Shown here: positions 1-10,678 of the stretch, one piece after another
How positions within the stretch are numbered: the first letter of the stretch is position 1
How the letters are laid out: each line of letters starts with the position of its first letter
NCBI GenBank assembly: GCA_041556555.1
Contig: JBFFIE010000002.1
Span: 40,505-104,504 of the forward strand
Length of the DNA stretch: 64,000 nt
Origin: Gammaproteobacteria bacterium
GTDB taxonomy: Bacteria > Pseudomonadota > Gammaproteobacteria > Eutrophobiales > Eutrophobiaceae
Direction: 5' to 3'
Translations under genes and position numbers: made by a program
The notes under the pieces: model-generated
Told to the model about the DNA's origin: nothing
Seen by the model: the letters and a program-made list of their open reading frames with translations, nothing else
Database searches by the model: none

Positions 1-319
1 CGACCACAGCCGTTGAGTCAATGATGGGCGCGGTGTCCGGTGGGCAAATCACTGAGGTGATACCGCCGCGAGTGGCGGCCCGGGTTTCTGAGGCAATGGT
101 GGCAGTTTCCTCGCGCCCCGGTTCACCAAGCCTGGCGGAAAGATCGACCAGACCCGGCAGGACCAGCTTACCCTTTGCGTCCAGCGACAGATCAGGCTTG
201 AAGCCTCTGGGTGTTTTACCGATTGCCGCGATCTTTCCGTCACGGATATGCAGTTCCATGACCTGGTCAATTCCGTTAGCCGGGTCAATCAGGCGGCCAT
301 GCTTGATGCTAATCTGCAT
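1..319 (-). CDS. pyrC': Dihydroorotase-like protein PyrC' (non-catalytic ATCase partner), 3' part beyond window edge
   Basis: Own translation of the reverse strand gives [71 protein letters not shown]..., typical of DHOase-like PyrC' of pseudomonads. The start ATG overlaps the pyrB stop (ATGcagatTAG). The frame stays open to position 1. Confidence 0.8.
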   Translation of the reverse strand, partial: MQISIKHGRLIDPANGIDQVMELHIRDGKIAAIGKTPRGFKPDLSLDAKGKLVLPGLVDLSARLGEPGREETATIASETRAATRGGITSVICPPDTAPIIDSTAVV

Positions 320-1295
320 CACCTTCCCCTGCCCGTGCATCAGCACAACCCATGGTGAGGGCCATGACAGCCATGCGCACGGCGATACCATGGCTGACCT
401 GTTGCAATATGACAGACTGGCTACTGTCAGCGACTTTTGAGTCAATCTCGATGCCCCGGTTGATCGGCCCGGGATGCATGACGATGGCATCCGTTTTTGC
501 CAATGCAAGCTTCTCTTCCGTGAGTCCATAGAGCTGGAAGTATTCAGAAGCGCTGGGCAGGAGCGCACTGCGCATCCGTTCCTGCTGCAGGCGCAGCATC
601 ATGATCACGTCTACTTCTTTCAGGCCTTCAGACATATCGTGATATACATGCACGCCGAGGGTTTCAACATGACGCGGGATCAGGGTCCTTGGGCCAATAA
701 CCCGGATCTCGTTTACTCCCAGCGTCGACAATGCGTGTATTTCCGATCGTGCTACCCGGGAGTGCAGAATATCGCCGATGATCGCCACGCGGAGCTCGCT
801 GAAATCCTGTTTGTGCCGACGAATGGTAAACATGTCCAGCATGGCCTGGGTAGGGTGGGCATGCCGCCCGTCACCACCGTTAATGACACTAATATGAGGG
901 GCAACGTGTTTGGCAATAAAATGTGCTGCCCCGCTGTTGGCATGACGCACCACGAACATGTCACAATGCATGGCCTCCAGTGTGCGAAGGGTATCAAGCA
1001 GAGACTCGCCTTTTTTGGTGGCGGAACTGGAAATATTCAGGTTAAGAATGTCGGCGGACAGGCGTTTTGCCGCCAGCTCAAAGGTCGTACGTGTCCGGGT
1101 GCTGGGTTCAAAAAACAGATTGGCCACGGTCTTGCCACGCAATATGGGGACCTTTTTGATGGCGCGATCACCGACTCCTGAGAAGGACTCGGCGTTATCA
1201 AGAATATTCAGTAAGAGGGAACGATCCAGACCTTCAATAGTGAGAAAATGTTTCAGACGACCATGTTCGTCCAGTTGGATGTTGTTGCCTGTCAT
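309..1295 (-). CDS. pyrB: Aspartate carbamoyltransferase catalytic subunit
   Basis: 328 aa. STRTRTTFE carbamoyl-phosphate motif and HPGPINRG motif. Classic ATCase. Confidence 0.95.
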   Translation of the reverse strand: MTGNNIQLDEHGRLKHFLTIEGLDRSLLLNILDNAESFSGVGDRAIKKVPILRGKTVANLFFEPSTRTRTTFELAAKRLSADILNLNISSSATKKGESLLDTLRTLEAMHCDMFVVRHANSGAAHFIAKHVAPHISVINGGDGRHAHPTQAMLDMFTIRRHKQDFSELRVAIIGDILHSRVARSEIHALSTLGVNEIRVIGPRTLIPRHVETLGVHVYHDMSEGLKEVDVIMMLRLQQERMRSALLPSASEYFQLYGLTEEKLALAKTDAIVMHPGPINRGIEIDSKVADSSQSVILQQVSHGIAVRMAVMALTMGCADARAGEGDAD

Positions 1296-1789
1296 TCCGC
1301 CTTTTTTATTTCCAGTGCCAGTGGCTCTGGGCCGGAGAGTTTAACATGTTCATCCGGTTTTAGTGACAATCTTTTTCCTGTTACGTCGGCTGCGACAGGC
1401 AGTTCCCGCCCGTCACGATCAACCAGCACGGCCAGAACCACCCGCCTGGGTCTGCCATAATCGAAGATTTCATTGAGTGCAGCACGAATGGTCCTGCCGG
1501 TGTGTAGCACGTCATCCACCAGAATGATTTCCCTGTTATCAACATCGAATGGCAGGTTTGAGGGCTTAACCCTGGGGTGTAAGCCAATTTGGCTGAAGTC
1601 GTCCCGGTAAAAAGTAATATTGAGTTGCCCCAATGGTTTCTTAAGCCGCATCAGTTCGTGCAGTTTTTGCGCGACCCAATAACCGCCGGTATGAATTCCT
1701 ATCATCAATGCATCTTGACCAGTGATCTTTACCAGTTCAGCAGCCATGGCCTGCAGGCATTTATTGATGTCAAAATTGGTTTCGTTCAC
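1292..1789 (-). CDS. pyrR: Bifunctional pyrimidine regulatory protein / uracil phosphoribosyltransferase PyrR
   Basis: 165 aa. PRTase motif [17 protein letters not shown]. 4-bp ATGA overlap with pyrB. Confidence 0.9.
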   Translation of the reverse strand: MNETNFDINKCLQAMAAELVKITGQDALMIGIHTGGYWVAQKLHELMRLKKPLGQLNITFYRDDFSQIGLHPRVKPSNLPFDVDNREIILVDDVLHTGRTIRAALNEIFDYGRPRRVVLAVLVDRDGRELPVAADVTGKRLSLKPDEHVKLSGPEPLALEIKKAE

Positions 1790-1818
1790 GGACAGCTCTT
1801 TTTAGCTAGTGAAATTTT

Positions 1819-2214
1819 TTATTTTGTTCCGGTCAGCCAGGTTTCCAGTATTGCTTGCGCTGCCACAGAGTCAACCTCTCTTTGTTCTCCTGTCCTGGTT
1901 TTTGCCTCATATGTCGAGAGGCGTTCATCCACACCAAATACCGGCAACCTGAAACGCCCTTCAAGCTGGCTGGCGAATTTTTCAGCAGCCCGGGTCATGA
2001 CTTGTGCAGAACCGTCCATAGTCACAGGGATGCCGACGATGATGGCATCCGGTTTCCATTCTTCAAGCAATTGTTCGATCTGTTTCCAGTCGGGACGGTT
2101 TTTGTGACAGTGAACGATATCCAGGGGTGTGGCGGTACCGGTAAGTGATTGTCCGATTGCTGTGCCGATTCGTTTTGTGCCGTAATCAAAACACAGCAAG
2201 GTATTATATTTCAC
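1819..2214 (-). CDS. ruvX: Putative pre-16S rRNA nuclease / Holliday junction resolvase-like YqgF
   Basis: 131 aa. N-terminal LLCFDYGTKRIGTAIG motif. Downstream of yqgE as in many gammaproteobacteria. Confidence 0.9.
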   Translation of the reverse strand: MKYNTLLCFDYGTKRIGTAIGQSLTGTATPLDIVHCHKNRPDWKQIEQLLEEWKPDAIIVGIPVTMDGSAQVMTRAAEKFASQLEGRFRLPVFGVDERLSTYEAKTRTGEQREVDSVAAQAILETWLTGTK

Positions 2215-2771
2215 GCATGCCCGACATTATTGGAAAGTTTGCTGAGATCCACACCAGCAAGTGCGGCAGCCTGGGCCCAACGATCTTCAGTTGGGGTATT
2301 AAAGATAATGCTGTTATCTGAGGGCGCGTTCAGCCAGGCATTGTCCTTGATTTCCTGTTCCAACTGTCCTGCGCCCCAACCGGCATAACCCAGTGCTACG
2401 AGTGTTTTTTCCGGACCATTTCCTTCCGCGATGGCCGCCAATATATCTCGCGATGTGGCAATGCCAATGTCTTCGCTGATTTCAATACAATGGTCCCACT
2501 TCTGAATGGGATAATGCAGGACAAAACCACGATCGGACTGAACCGGGCCACCCTGGTAGACTGGCATGTTACGAATCAGGGCATCGTCACTGCTCATGGA
2601 CATCTGCTGAAATACATCATTCATAGACAGATCAAGCGGGTGATTGATAACAATGCCCATGGCGCCATCTTCATTGTGGGCGCAGATATAGGCAACTGAT
2701 CGGTAAAAATAGGGATCTGCCAGACCCGGCATGGCAATCAAAAACTGGTTGGTGAGACACATTGATTGCAT
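2211..2771 (-). CDS. yqgE: YqgE/AlgH family protein (UPF0301)
   Basis: 186 aa. FLIAMPGLADPYFYRSVAYICAHNEDGAMGIVINHPL signature. 4-bp overlap with ruvX. Confidence 0.85.
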   Translation of the reverse strand: MQSMCLTNQFLIAMPGLADPYFYRSVAYICAHNEDGAMGIVINHPLDLSMNDVFQQMSMSSDDALIRNMPVYQGGPVQSDRGFVLHYPIQKWDHCIEISEDIGIATSRDILAAIAEGNGPEKTLVALGYAGWGAGQLEQEIKDNAWLNAPSDNSIIFNTPTEDRWAQAAALAGVDLSKLSNNVGHA

Positions 2772-2843
2772 AATTAATAGTATCTAATCAAATTCCACGA
2801 TCCACAAGTAAAGACAGGTGGAAATTTGATAGGTTCCGGATTT

Positions 2844-3812
2844 TTAATGGAATCTGTTGTTTTCAAGGAACTGCCAGGTGCGGGTAATGTGCATGATATC
2901 GGTTTCGGCCTTGATATTGTCCGGGAAGGGGGCAAAAGGTGAGGACAGTTCGACGATGCGAATCGCAGCGTCATCGAGTACCCGGGAACCTGAGGTTCTG
3001 CGCACGTTGATTTGATTAACGGTTCCATCGGCATTGAGAGCCACATCCAGTATCAGGTTGCCGGACAACTTGTTCCTGCGTGCAGCGTCCGGGTAATTCA
3101 GATTGCCGACGCGTTCAACCTTTGCGCGCCAGGCTTCCATATAGGCAGCATATTTGTATTCTTTGGTGCTGGCTGAGATAAATTTACGTCTTGGCCGTTT
3201 CGCCCTTTCTTCAAGTTTGCGTTGTATCTCAGCACTGAGAGAAGCAATCTTGAAACTGCTGGTTAGTAATGCGGTTGCACTGGGCATTTCCTTTGCCTCG
3301 GTGGATTTTTGTACCGTTTCGCTTTTATTATTTGCCGTGCTGGTGACACTGCTTTCGTTGGTTTTCAGGCTTGCTTCCGCTTCCTGCTGCTCCACTGCAA
3401 GGTATTGCTCTGTTTCACTGGTGTCCTTTTTTTCAGCCGGGGTTGGCTCAGCTTGGATTTTCTCGCTCTCTGGTGGAGGTGGTGTGCTTGCCTCGGGTGG
3501 AGTGGTGATGGTAGCTTTTTGATCCGGAAATGGTGCAGGCAACGGTGTTGCAGGACTCAGTTTTTCTTCTGTGTCACCACCACCTTCGAGATTGGCCTGG
3601 GCAAGAAATTCTGCATCTTTTGGTGATTTGCTTTTTTGCTGTACGAGAATGATCTCCATAGTCTCGTATTTTGGTTGCATGATTTCTTCGCTGGAAAAAG
3701 TCACACCCAGGATCACAATACCATGGGCAATGATTGCAAGGCATAATGTGAGGCTGAGCCTGTCAACCGGGGTAATCTGTGGTTTTATTCTCTCGGGTGA
3801 TTGTGCTGGCAT
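2844..3812 (-). CDS. tonB: TonB-family energy transducer
   Basis: 322 aa. N-terminal membrane anchor, proline/glutamate-rich spacer, and a C-terminal TonB domain (YPDAARRNKLSGNLILDVALNADGTVNQINVRRTSGSRVLDDAAIRIV). Confidence 0.75.
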   Translation of the reverse strand: MPAQSPERIKPQITPVDRLSLTLCLAIIAHGIVILGVTFSSEEIMQPKYETMEIILVQQKSKSPKDAEFLAQANLEGGGDTEEKLSPATPLPAPFPDQKATITTPPEASTPPPPESEKIQAEPTPAEKKDTSETEQYLAVEQQEAEASLKTNESSVTSTANNKSETVQKSTEAKEMPSATALLTSSFKIASLSAEIQRKLEERAKRPRRKFISASTKEYKYAAYMEAWRAKVERVGNLNYPDAARRNKLSGNLILDVALNADGTVNQINVRRTSGSRVLDDAAIRIVELSSPFAPFPDNIKAETDIMHITRTWQFLENNRFH

Positions 3813-3829
3813 GCCGGAATTTAAAATGA

Positions 3830-4786
3830 TTAATTGTCCATATCGGACGAGTGAATTTTGTCTATGGCTTCCATGAGGTCTCTGGCAATATCGATTGAAA
3901 AGATTTTATCAAGTTCCCGTATGCAGGTGGGGCTTGTAATATTTATCTCTGTCAGATAGTCACCAATCACATCAATGCCTGTGAAATAGAGGCCATTCTC
4001 CCGTAGGAAGGGTGCAATTGCCTCACAGATTTCACTATCTCGGTTACTGAGATCAACTCCCTTGCTGTTGCCACCAGCGGCAAGATTGCCTCGGTTCTCA
4101 CCGGTTAACGGGATACGGGCTAGTGCATAAGGTACCGGGTCACCGTTAATGAGCAGAATTCGTTTGTCCCCATCACGAATCTCCGGAATAAATTTCTGCG
4201 CCATGGCAAAACGTATTCCATGTTGGGTTAAGGTTTCGATTATGACATTCATGTTGGTGTCGTGTTTCCTTACCCTGAAAATGGAAGCACCTCCCATACC
4301 GTCCAGAGGTTTCAGGATCACATCTTCATGATTATCGATAAAAGTTCGTAACTGGTCGGCATCACAGCTGGTCAATGTCGGGACAATAAATTCGGGGAAC
4401 CAGTTAATAAACAATTTTTCATTGAAGTCACGTAATGATGCCGGGTCATTGATAACGGTAACGCCCGAGTCCTGGGCAATCTCCAGAATCTGGGTTGCAT
4501 GAATGTACTGCAGGTCAACGGGAGGATCCTTGCGCATAAGAATGATATCCAAATCCTCAAGAGGTGCGGTGATAGCTTCTTCCATTTCAAACCAGCCTGA
4601 GGGATCATCCCTAACGCGGAGTTTGCACATTTTGCCCAGTGCTTCGCCGTCCTGAAGTAGCAGATCATTTTGTTCGAGGTAATAATTTTCCCAACCCATG
4701 GACTGTGACGCGAGCAGCATCGCGAAGGAACTGTCCTTGTGGATCTTTATATCACGTATAGGATCCATGATTATGCCCAGCTTCAT
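3830..4786 (-). CDS. gshB: Glutathione synthetase
   Basis: MKLGIIMDPIRDIKIHKDSSFAMLL... is collinear with E. coli GshB. ATP-grasp motifs LKPLDGMGGASIF and RGNLAAGG. Start placed at the internal Met (the ORF-track start at 4822 is probably upstream read-through). Confidence 0.9.
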   Translation of the reverse strand: MKLGIIMDPIRDIKIHKDSSFAMLLASQSMGWENYYLEQNDLLLQDGEALGKMCKLRVRDDPSGWFEMEEAITAPLEDLDIILMRKDPPVDLQYIHATQILEIAQDSGVTVINDPASLRDFNEKLFINWFPEFIVPTLTSCDADQLRTFIDNHEDVILKPLDGMGGASIFRVRKHDTNMNVIIETLTQHGIRFAMAQKFIPEIRDGDKRILLINGDPVPYALARIPLTGENRGNLAAGGNSKGVDLSNRDSEICEAIAPFLRENGLYFTGIDVIGDYLTEINITSPTCIRELDKIFSIDIARDLMEAIDKIHSSDMDN

Positions 4787-4887
4787 ACGATCACCCGCAA
4801 CGCCCCTGGTAGAAAAAATCAAGGATGCAGAACATGTCCCTGACGGTTAAGATTGGAATCTAAGCTGACTACTATACCACTGTATTC

Positions 4888-5817
4888 ATGTCTATAAACC
4901 GTATAAGAATCACGACGAGGGAAAGTCCCCTGGCCTTATGGCAGGCCGAGCATGTCCGGGCAGAGCTCATAAAGTGCCATACAGGACTTGAGGTCGAACT
5001 GATTGGTATCACTACCCAGGGGGATATCATTCTGGACAGGCCACTCATGGAAGTTGGCGGCAAGGGCCTGTTCATCAAGGAGCTGGAACAGGTGATGTTG
5101 GATGGAAATGCGGACATCGCAGTGCATTCCATGAAAGATGTCACTATTGATTTTCCACCTGGTTTGTCACTGCCTGTCATCATGCAGCGTGAAGACCCCC
5201 GGGATGTCCTGATATCAAATAAATATGATTCACTTGACGATTTGCCAGAAGGAGCCGTGATTGGCACATCAAGTCTGCGCAGGCAATGCCAGTTAAGGTC
5301 GCATCGCCCGGACTTCAGGATCACTACATTAAGGGGTAATGTTGGAACACGCCTGAGGAAGCTGGACGAGGGTCAGTACGATGCCATCGTCCTTGCCTCG
5401 GCTGGTGTTACAAGACTCGGTCTTACGGGGTTGGTAAAACAATATATTTCTGTGGATGTGATGCTTCCCGCAGTGGGCCAGGGGGCGATCGGTATCGAAA
5501 CGCGGTCTGATGATGAAGATGTTATTGCCTTAATCAGTCCGCTGTCAGATACCCTGACTACAACTCAAATGCGGGCAGAAAGGGCGTTCAGTAAAAAACT
5601 CTATGGCGGATGTCATTTGCCGATTGCTGCCCTTGCCACTATTGAGGCGGATACATTATCTATAAGCGGATTGGTCGGCGAAGTTGATGGCAGCAGGGTA
5701 ATCTCCGGCCATATTCAGGGTCCGGTGAAAGAAGCCGTTTCATTGGGCGAACAACTTGGAGAGAGCTTGCTGGAACAGGGAGCGGACGAAATTCTGCGCA
5801 AGCTGCTGAATGACTGA
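4888..5817 (+). CDS. hemC: Porphobilinogen deaminase (hydroxymethylbilane synthase)
   Basis: 309 aa. RIRITTRESPLALWQAEHV N-terminus and the cofactor-binding Cys region are typical of HemC. Confidence 0.95.
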   Translation: MSINRIRITTRESPLALWQAEHVRAELIKCHTGLEVELIGITTQGDIILDRPLMEVGGKGLFIKELEQVMLDGNADIAVHSMKDVTIDFPPGLSLPVIMQREDPRDVLISNKYDSLDDLPEGAVIGTSSLRRQCQLRSHRPDFRITTLRGNVGTRLRKLDEGQYDAIVLASAGVTRLGLTGLVKQYISVDVMLPAVGQGAIGIETRSDDEDVIALISPLSDTLTTTQMRAERAFSKKLYGGCHLPIAALATIEADTLSISGLVGEVDGSRVISGHIQGPVKEAVSLGEQLGESLLEQGADEILRKLLND

Positions 5818-6601
5818 AAGGCAGAGCGAATTCAAAGTCCTAGTTACCCGGCCGCAACACCAGGGGGAATCTCTATGCGCAGATATAGAGCGGATCGGAG
5901 CAAGGGCGATCAATTTTCCACTGATTGAAATAGTATCACTCACGGAGAACAGGGAAACAGTCAGGCATTTATCAGAAAATCCGGATTGCGATTTGCTGAT
6001 TTTTATCAGTCAAAATGCAGTTGCACATGCAGTCGATATGCTTGGCGGGGATATTTCCCATATTGCTGACCTGCCAATATATGCCATCGGTCAGGCCACC
6101 GCCAGAATGTTACATCAGGCCGGAATTAAGCAGGTCCATGCTCCAGCGACCGGGTCTGACAGTGAGTCACTGCTGAAGTTGCCCGATTTGCAGGCGAATC
6201 AGATAAACGCAAAAAAAATCACGATAATTCGCGGGCATGGCGGCAGGGAATACCTGGCGGATACGCTCAGGGAGCGGGGTGCAGAAGTGAATTATGTTGA
6301 AGTTTATCATCGCAAGCCTGCAGTTTATGATCAGGCTATGCTGGAAAAGATCTTTGGTGTCGACAAGCCTGATTTGATTGTCATTACCAGTGGCGAAAGT
6401 CTGCAAATCCTCTTTGATATGCTAATCTCCGGGGGAAAGCATGACATGCTGACTACACCACTGGTGCTGCTTGGAAAACGCATGTCGGAACTTGCAGATT
6501 CTCTCGGTTTTAGCGGGAAACGTTTAATAGCAGATGAAGCCAGTGACACCGGGTTGACAATAGCAGTCAAGAAGCTGATGGAGCTAACCAGAAATGAGTG
6601 A
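5810..6601 (+). CDS. hemD: Uroporphyrinogen-III synthase
   Basis: 263 aa. Overlaps hemC by 8 bp. HemD-like fold, second gene of the hemCDXY order. Confidence 0.85.
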   Translation: MTERQSEFKVLVTRPQHQGESLCADIERIGARAINFPLIEIVSLTENRETVRHLSENPDCDLLIFISQNAVAHAVDMLGGDISHIADLPIYAIGQATARMLHQAGIKQVHAPATGSDSESLLKLPDLQANQINAKKITIIRGHGGREYLADTLRERGAEVNYVEVYHRKPAVYDQAMLEKIFGVDKPDLIVITSGESLQILFDMLISGGKHDMLTTPLVLLGKRMSELADSLGFSGKRLIADEASDTGLTIAVKKLMELTRNE

Positions 6602-7658
6602 TGCAAATACAGAGAATAAGAAAGGCAATGAAATAAAGAAAGATCTGGTAAAAATACTCGATCCTAATTCTGCCGAAATGAGTAAACGTTTTGCTTTTCT
6701 GCTCAAGCTTGTAATCGGCCTCTTCCTGATCAGCATCATATTAATTTTGTCTGCCAGCTACTATATGCAACGTCAAATCCATGCGGTCTCGGATTCAATC
6801 AGTAGTAATGCTGATATGACAAGAGCAATAAACTCTGCGATTGAAAGCAATACAAAACAGCTTCGCTCAGAACTTGAGCAATTACGTATTCAGCAACTTG
6901 AACAGGGAAATTCTCTGGCCAGGCTCTACCAGAAGTTCCCCAAGGATAATCTCGAGTGGGCACTGGCCGAGACAGAATACCTTTTGATTATTGCCAGTCA
7001 GCGTCTGTTGCTGGAAAAAGATGTCGCCACGGCCATTGCCGCCATGACAGCTGCCGACAACAGACTGAAAGATCTCGGTGATCCGGCGCTGATACCGGTC
7101 AGAGAACAACTGGCTGCAGATATCAATGCATTACGGGCAGTAAACAATGTAGATACCAGTGGCCTGGCTATATACCTGGCAGATCTCATTGAGCGCTCGG
7201 ATTCTCTGCCTCTGAAAGCCATGAAACCTGATGCTGCTGCGAGCAACGGTGAAACCGATCAAACACAGGTGGAAGAAAGTCAGGATAAAAGCTGGCGTGA
7301 TATACCTGCAATCATCTGGAATGAGCTCAAGGGCCTGGTGGTAGTCAAACGCTCAGGCGAAACCCGCCAGGCCTTGTTATTGCCTGATCAGGAATACTTT
7401 CTTTATCAGAATCTGAGACTGGAACTTGAAAATGCACGGCTGGCAGTATTAAGACGTGATACTGATAACTTGCAAGCATCGGTCAGCCTGCTGCTTGCAT
7501 GGATACAGGAATATTTTGATCTGAGCAATGCTGCGGTCAGCAATATTGTGACCACCCTTGAAAAAATGCAAACACTGAAACTCGATCCGAAAATTCCTGA
7601 TATCAATTCATCGCTTGAAACACTCAGGGCGTTTATGCGTGAAGAAAATTCAGGCTAA
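6594..7658 (+). CDS. hemX: HemX-family membrane protein (putative uroporphyrinogen-III C-methyltransferase-like)
   Basis: 354 aa. Lys-rich N-terminus, one TM segment, long coiled-coil periplasmic part. Position between hemD and hemY. Confidence 0.75.
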   Translation: MSDANTENKKGNEIKKDLVKILDPNSAEMSKRFAFLLKLVIGLFLISIILILSASYYMQRQIHAVSDSISSNADMTRAINSAIESNTKQLRSELEQLRIQQLEQGNSLARLYQKFPKDNLEWALAETEYLLIIASQRLLLEKDVATAIAAMTAADNRLKDLGDPALIPVREQLAADINALRAVNNVDTSGLAIYLADLIERSDSLPLKAMKPDAAASNGETDQTQVEESQDKSWRDIPAIIWNELKGLVVVKRSGETRQALLLPDQEYFLYQNLRLELENARLAVLRRDTDNLQASVSLLLAWIQEYFDLSNAAVSNIVTTLEKMQTLKLDPKIPDINSSLETLRAFMREENSG

Positions 7659-7681
7659 ATTGAAAACGGTATAATCGACCA

Positions 7682-8908
7682 GTGAAACCTCTCATTGTAT
7701 TAATAATTGCACTGGCAATTGCCGCTGCAGTAGGCATGATCGCTGTCAGTGATTCCGCTAACATATACATCACGTTTTCAGACTGGACTATCCAGTCGTC
7801 CCTCGTGTTGTTCGTTATTATTATTATCCTTGCATTTATTGTTATCTATTTTTCATTACGCGCGTTATTCCGGATGTGGAATATGCCGGGAAATTTGCGG
7901 CGCTGGCGCAGACAAAGAAGTCAGCGTTTATCCGAGAGATATCTGAGTAAAGGCTTGCTGTCACTGGTTGAGGGAAACTGGAAATCAGCGGAAGCAAACC
8001 TGGTCAAGGGTGCGAAATATTCCGAAACGCCGTTAATTAATTACCTTTGTGCAGCGAGAGCAGCCCAGAGAGAAGGCCGTATAGATAAACGCGATCATTA
8101 CATCAGTCTGGCCCATGCCGATGCCCCCGATTCGCAGGTTGCCATTGGTCTGACTCAGGCAGAGTTACAGATTAACCAGAAGCAGACAGAGCAGGCACTG
8201 GCTACATTGATGAACCTGCATGAGCAGGAGCCTGACCATGGTCGTGTCAAGTTAATGCTATTAAAGACCTATACTGAACTTGAATCATGGCGGGAAGTCC
8301 TTGCCCTGTTACCTGGCCTGCAAAAATCGGGGTTACTGCCAAAGGAAAATATTGTGGCAACACAGCTCAAGGCCTATGCTGGCTTGATGAAAAAGGCGGG
8401 GACCCAGTCAGATAGGGAAGCCCTGGAGTCCATCTGGCAAAAAATCCCCAGGAACCTGAAAAAGGAATTGCACCTGCTTGAGGTCTATACGTCAGAAAAA
8501 ATAATTTTTAACGATACTGAGAACTGTGAACCTTTGCTTAGGAAGGCGCTTAAGGACAGATGGGATCAGAATATCCTTCGTTTATATGGTCTCGTTGAGG
8601 GGAAAGACGCTGCAAAACAACTGGCGTTTGCTGAAAGCCTATACTCAAGTCATGCACGTGATCCGGTTTTGTTACTGACGTTGGGGAGGTTGAGTATGCA
8701 AAATGGCTTGTGGGGCAAGGCAGCCAGCTACCTCAAGGACAGTATTCAAATAGAACCCTTGCCGGAAACCTACAGGGAGTTTGCCCGCTTGCTTGAGCGG
8801 CAGGGTGATTACGCTGCAGCATCAAGCTACTATCAACATGGTCTTGTACTTGCAACCACAACCCAGCAGGAACAGGCCAGGTTGATTGGCAGAGGTGAAA
8901 AACATTAA
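7682..8908 (+). CDS. hemY: HemY-family TPR membrane protein
   Basis: 408 aa, GTG start. Two N-terminal TM helices and a C-terminal TPR region. Fourth gene of the hemCDXY cluster. Confidence 0.75.
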   Translation: MKPLIVLIIALAIAAAVGMIAVSDSANIYITFSDWTIQSSLVLFVIIIILAFIVIYFSLRALFRMWNMPGNLRRWRRQRSQRLSERYLSKGLLSLVEGNWKSAEANLVKGAKYSETPLINYLCAARAAQREGRIDKRDHYISLAHADAPDSQVAIGLTQAELQINQKQTEQALATLMNLHEQEPDHGRVKLMLLKTYTELESWREVLALLPGLQKSGLLPKENIVATQLKAYAGLMKKAGTQSDREALESIWQKIPRNLKKELHLLEVYTSEKIIFNDTENCEPLLRKALKDRWDQNILRLYGLVEGKDAAKQLAFAESLYSSHARDPVLLLTLGRLSMQNGLWGKAASYLKDSIQIEPLPETYREFARLLERQGDYAAASSYYQHGLVLATTTQQEQARLIGRGEKH

Positions 8909-8914
8909 TGCTGG

Positions 8915-9943
8915 TTACTTGCCCCCGCTGGTCTGGGTGGCAAACTCAAATGAATCTGAATAAATAAATTCTTCTGACAGACCGCGTTCGGTGAAATTAT
9001 CAACCACTGCGTGGACCATGGGTGGTGGGCCGCAGGCATAGACTTCAAATGGCGAGAGATCGCTGAAATCATCCAGTACGGCCTCGTGGACCAGCCCGGT
9101 TCTGCCTTGCCAGGCATCGGATTGTCTGGGTTCCGAGAGAACTGGTATGTAGCGCAGAGTTTTCATCTTTATTGCCCAGGACTCAGCCAGTTCGTGGAGA
9201 TAAAGATCAGATTTTGAGCGGGCGCCCCAGTAAAAATGGATTTCCCGATCAAGCTTCTTGTGCTGAATGTTCTCAACGATACTTTTTACCGGGGCAAAAC
9301 CAGTGCCGCCCGCAATCATGATGATTGGCCGTGAAGATTCTTCCCTCAGGAAAAAGCTGCCCAAAGGGCCTTCAAATCTTAACAGGGATTTCTCCCTGAG
9401 CTTGTTGAATGCATATTCCGAGAATACGCCACCATCATAATGTCGGATATGTAATTCCAGGTAATTATCATCCTGCGGTGAATTGGCAAGGGAGAAAGAT
9501 CGACGTTTGTTTCCCTTCATCAGGATATCAATGTACTGGCCCGCCAGGAATTGCAGGCGCTCACTTGAGGGTAGTTTCAGGTAAAGTCTGAGTACGTCGT
9601 GGTTTAACTTTTCAATCTTGTTTACCCGGCAGGGCAACTTGCGGATTACCAAATCACCCACGGCCTCAATCTGGCGACATTCGATACGAAGATCAGTGCG
9701 GGGTATTGCCTGGCAAAACAGGGCGTAACCTGAGGACTTCTCTTCATCCGTGATACCAGTCAGGGGAATATCGGTATATTCAATCTGGCCCTCTAGCAGT
9801 TTTCCCTTACAGGTACCACAGGCACCATTTCTGCAGCCATAAGGCAATCCGATACCTTCGCGTAATGCCGCAGAAAGCACCGTCTCATCTTTTTCTGCAG
9901 TGAAGGATTTTTTATCAGGTTCGATAGTAATCTTGAAACTCAT
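8915..9943 (-). CDS. 2Fe-2S ferredoxin-fused FAD/NAD(P)-binding oxidoreductase (AscD / benzoate-dioxygenase-reductase-like)
   Basis: 342 aa. N-terminal plant-type ferredoxin motif CRNGACGTCKG...C, an RxYS-like FAD site (RSFSLANS), and GGTGFAP NAD(P) binding. Confidence 0.8.
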   Translation of the reverse strand: MSFKITIEPDKKSFTAEKDETVLSAALREGIGLPYGCRNGACGTCKGKLLEGQIEYTDIPLTGITDEEKSSGYALFCQAIPRTDLRIECRQIEAVGDLVIRKLPCRVNKIEKLNHDVLRLYLKLPSSERLQFLAGQYIDILMKGNKRRSFSLANSPQDDNYLELHIRHYDGGVFSEYAFNKLREKSLLRFEGPLGSFFLREESSRPIIMIAGGTGFAPVKSIVENIQHKKLDREIHFYWGARSKSDLYLHELAESWAIKMKTLRYIPVLSEPRQSDAWQGRTGLVHEAVLDDFSDLSPFEVYACGPPPMVHAVVDNFTERGLSEEFIYSDSFEFATQTSGGK

Positions 9944-9987
9944 GAATTATCCGGTTGATAAATAAAATCAGGTGATAACAGGATAGG

Positions 9988-10650
9988 TCAGTTTATGCTT
10001 GGAATGCTTCTGGCACTGCTCAACCAGGCAAGCAAGGGCATCCACTGTTCCCTGTCATACACTGTTTTTGACGGGGCCATTTCAAAAATAGTCATGCCCT
10101 TCTCTGCTGCATGAACGTAATTTTGACTGGCACGTAGCATGGTTATGTATGGGACCTTCGACCCATTAGGTAGTTTCAATGTTTCCAGATAGTATTCAAG
10201 TTTTACGCCTGATAATGTATCTTCCCTGACTCGGTTAGCTAAGGTTGCAAGCTTTACCTTGCGGTTGATCTCTCTTCTTTTCTCTATCAGTTCCCGTAAA
10301 AAACGTTCTGCCGCACGTACATCAATGGCAGAAGGCATCATCGGCATAACAATTGTCTGTGCGGCCCTGGTTATGCTCACCAGTTTTTTGTCATGAATTG
10401 CCGCCGGCGAATCAATCACCAGAATTTCGGTATCACGATTAATTTCCAGTTCGTTACTGTGCATTGCTGCCAGTTCAATCTTTGCCAGGTAATCGGGCCT
10501 TGCTGCCAACCAGTCAGTGCTGCTTCCCTGCGGATCACAGTCAGCCAGTGAAACCTTTTTTCCTTGCATGGCAAACCAGCCAGCTATATTGGTTGCCAGC
10601 GTGGTTTTACCGCAACCGCCCTTGGGGTTTAGTATCAAAATACTACGCAT
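9988..10650 (-). CDS. ParA/MinD-family P-loop ATPase (orphan, no parB partner visible)
   Basis: 220 aa. Deviant Walker A ILNPKGGCGKTT with the signature lysine; Walker B ILVIDSP. Confidence 0.85.
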   Translation of the reverse strand: MRSILILNPKGGCGKTTLATNIAGWFAMQGKKVSLADCDPQGSSTDWLAARPDYLAKIELAAMHSNELEINRDTEILVIDSPAAIHDKKLVSITRAAQTIVMPMMPSAIDVRAAERFLRELIEKRREINRKVKLATLANRVREDTLSGVKLEYYLETLKLPNGSKVPYITMLRASQNYVHAAEKGMTIFEMAPSKTVYDREQWMPLLAWLSSARSIPSIN

Positions 10651-10678
10651 GATTTGTTCTGTTGTTTAAATCTATTGT

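Noticed and set aside
474-1181. 235-aa ORF on the plus strand
   Set aside because: It lies entirely antisense to the well-supported pyrB gene. It has no motif content and low-complexity Arg/Gly/His-rich translation typical of shadow ORFs.
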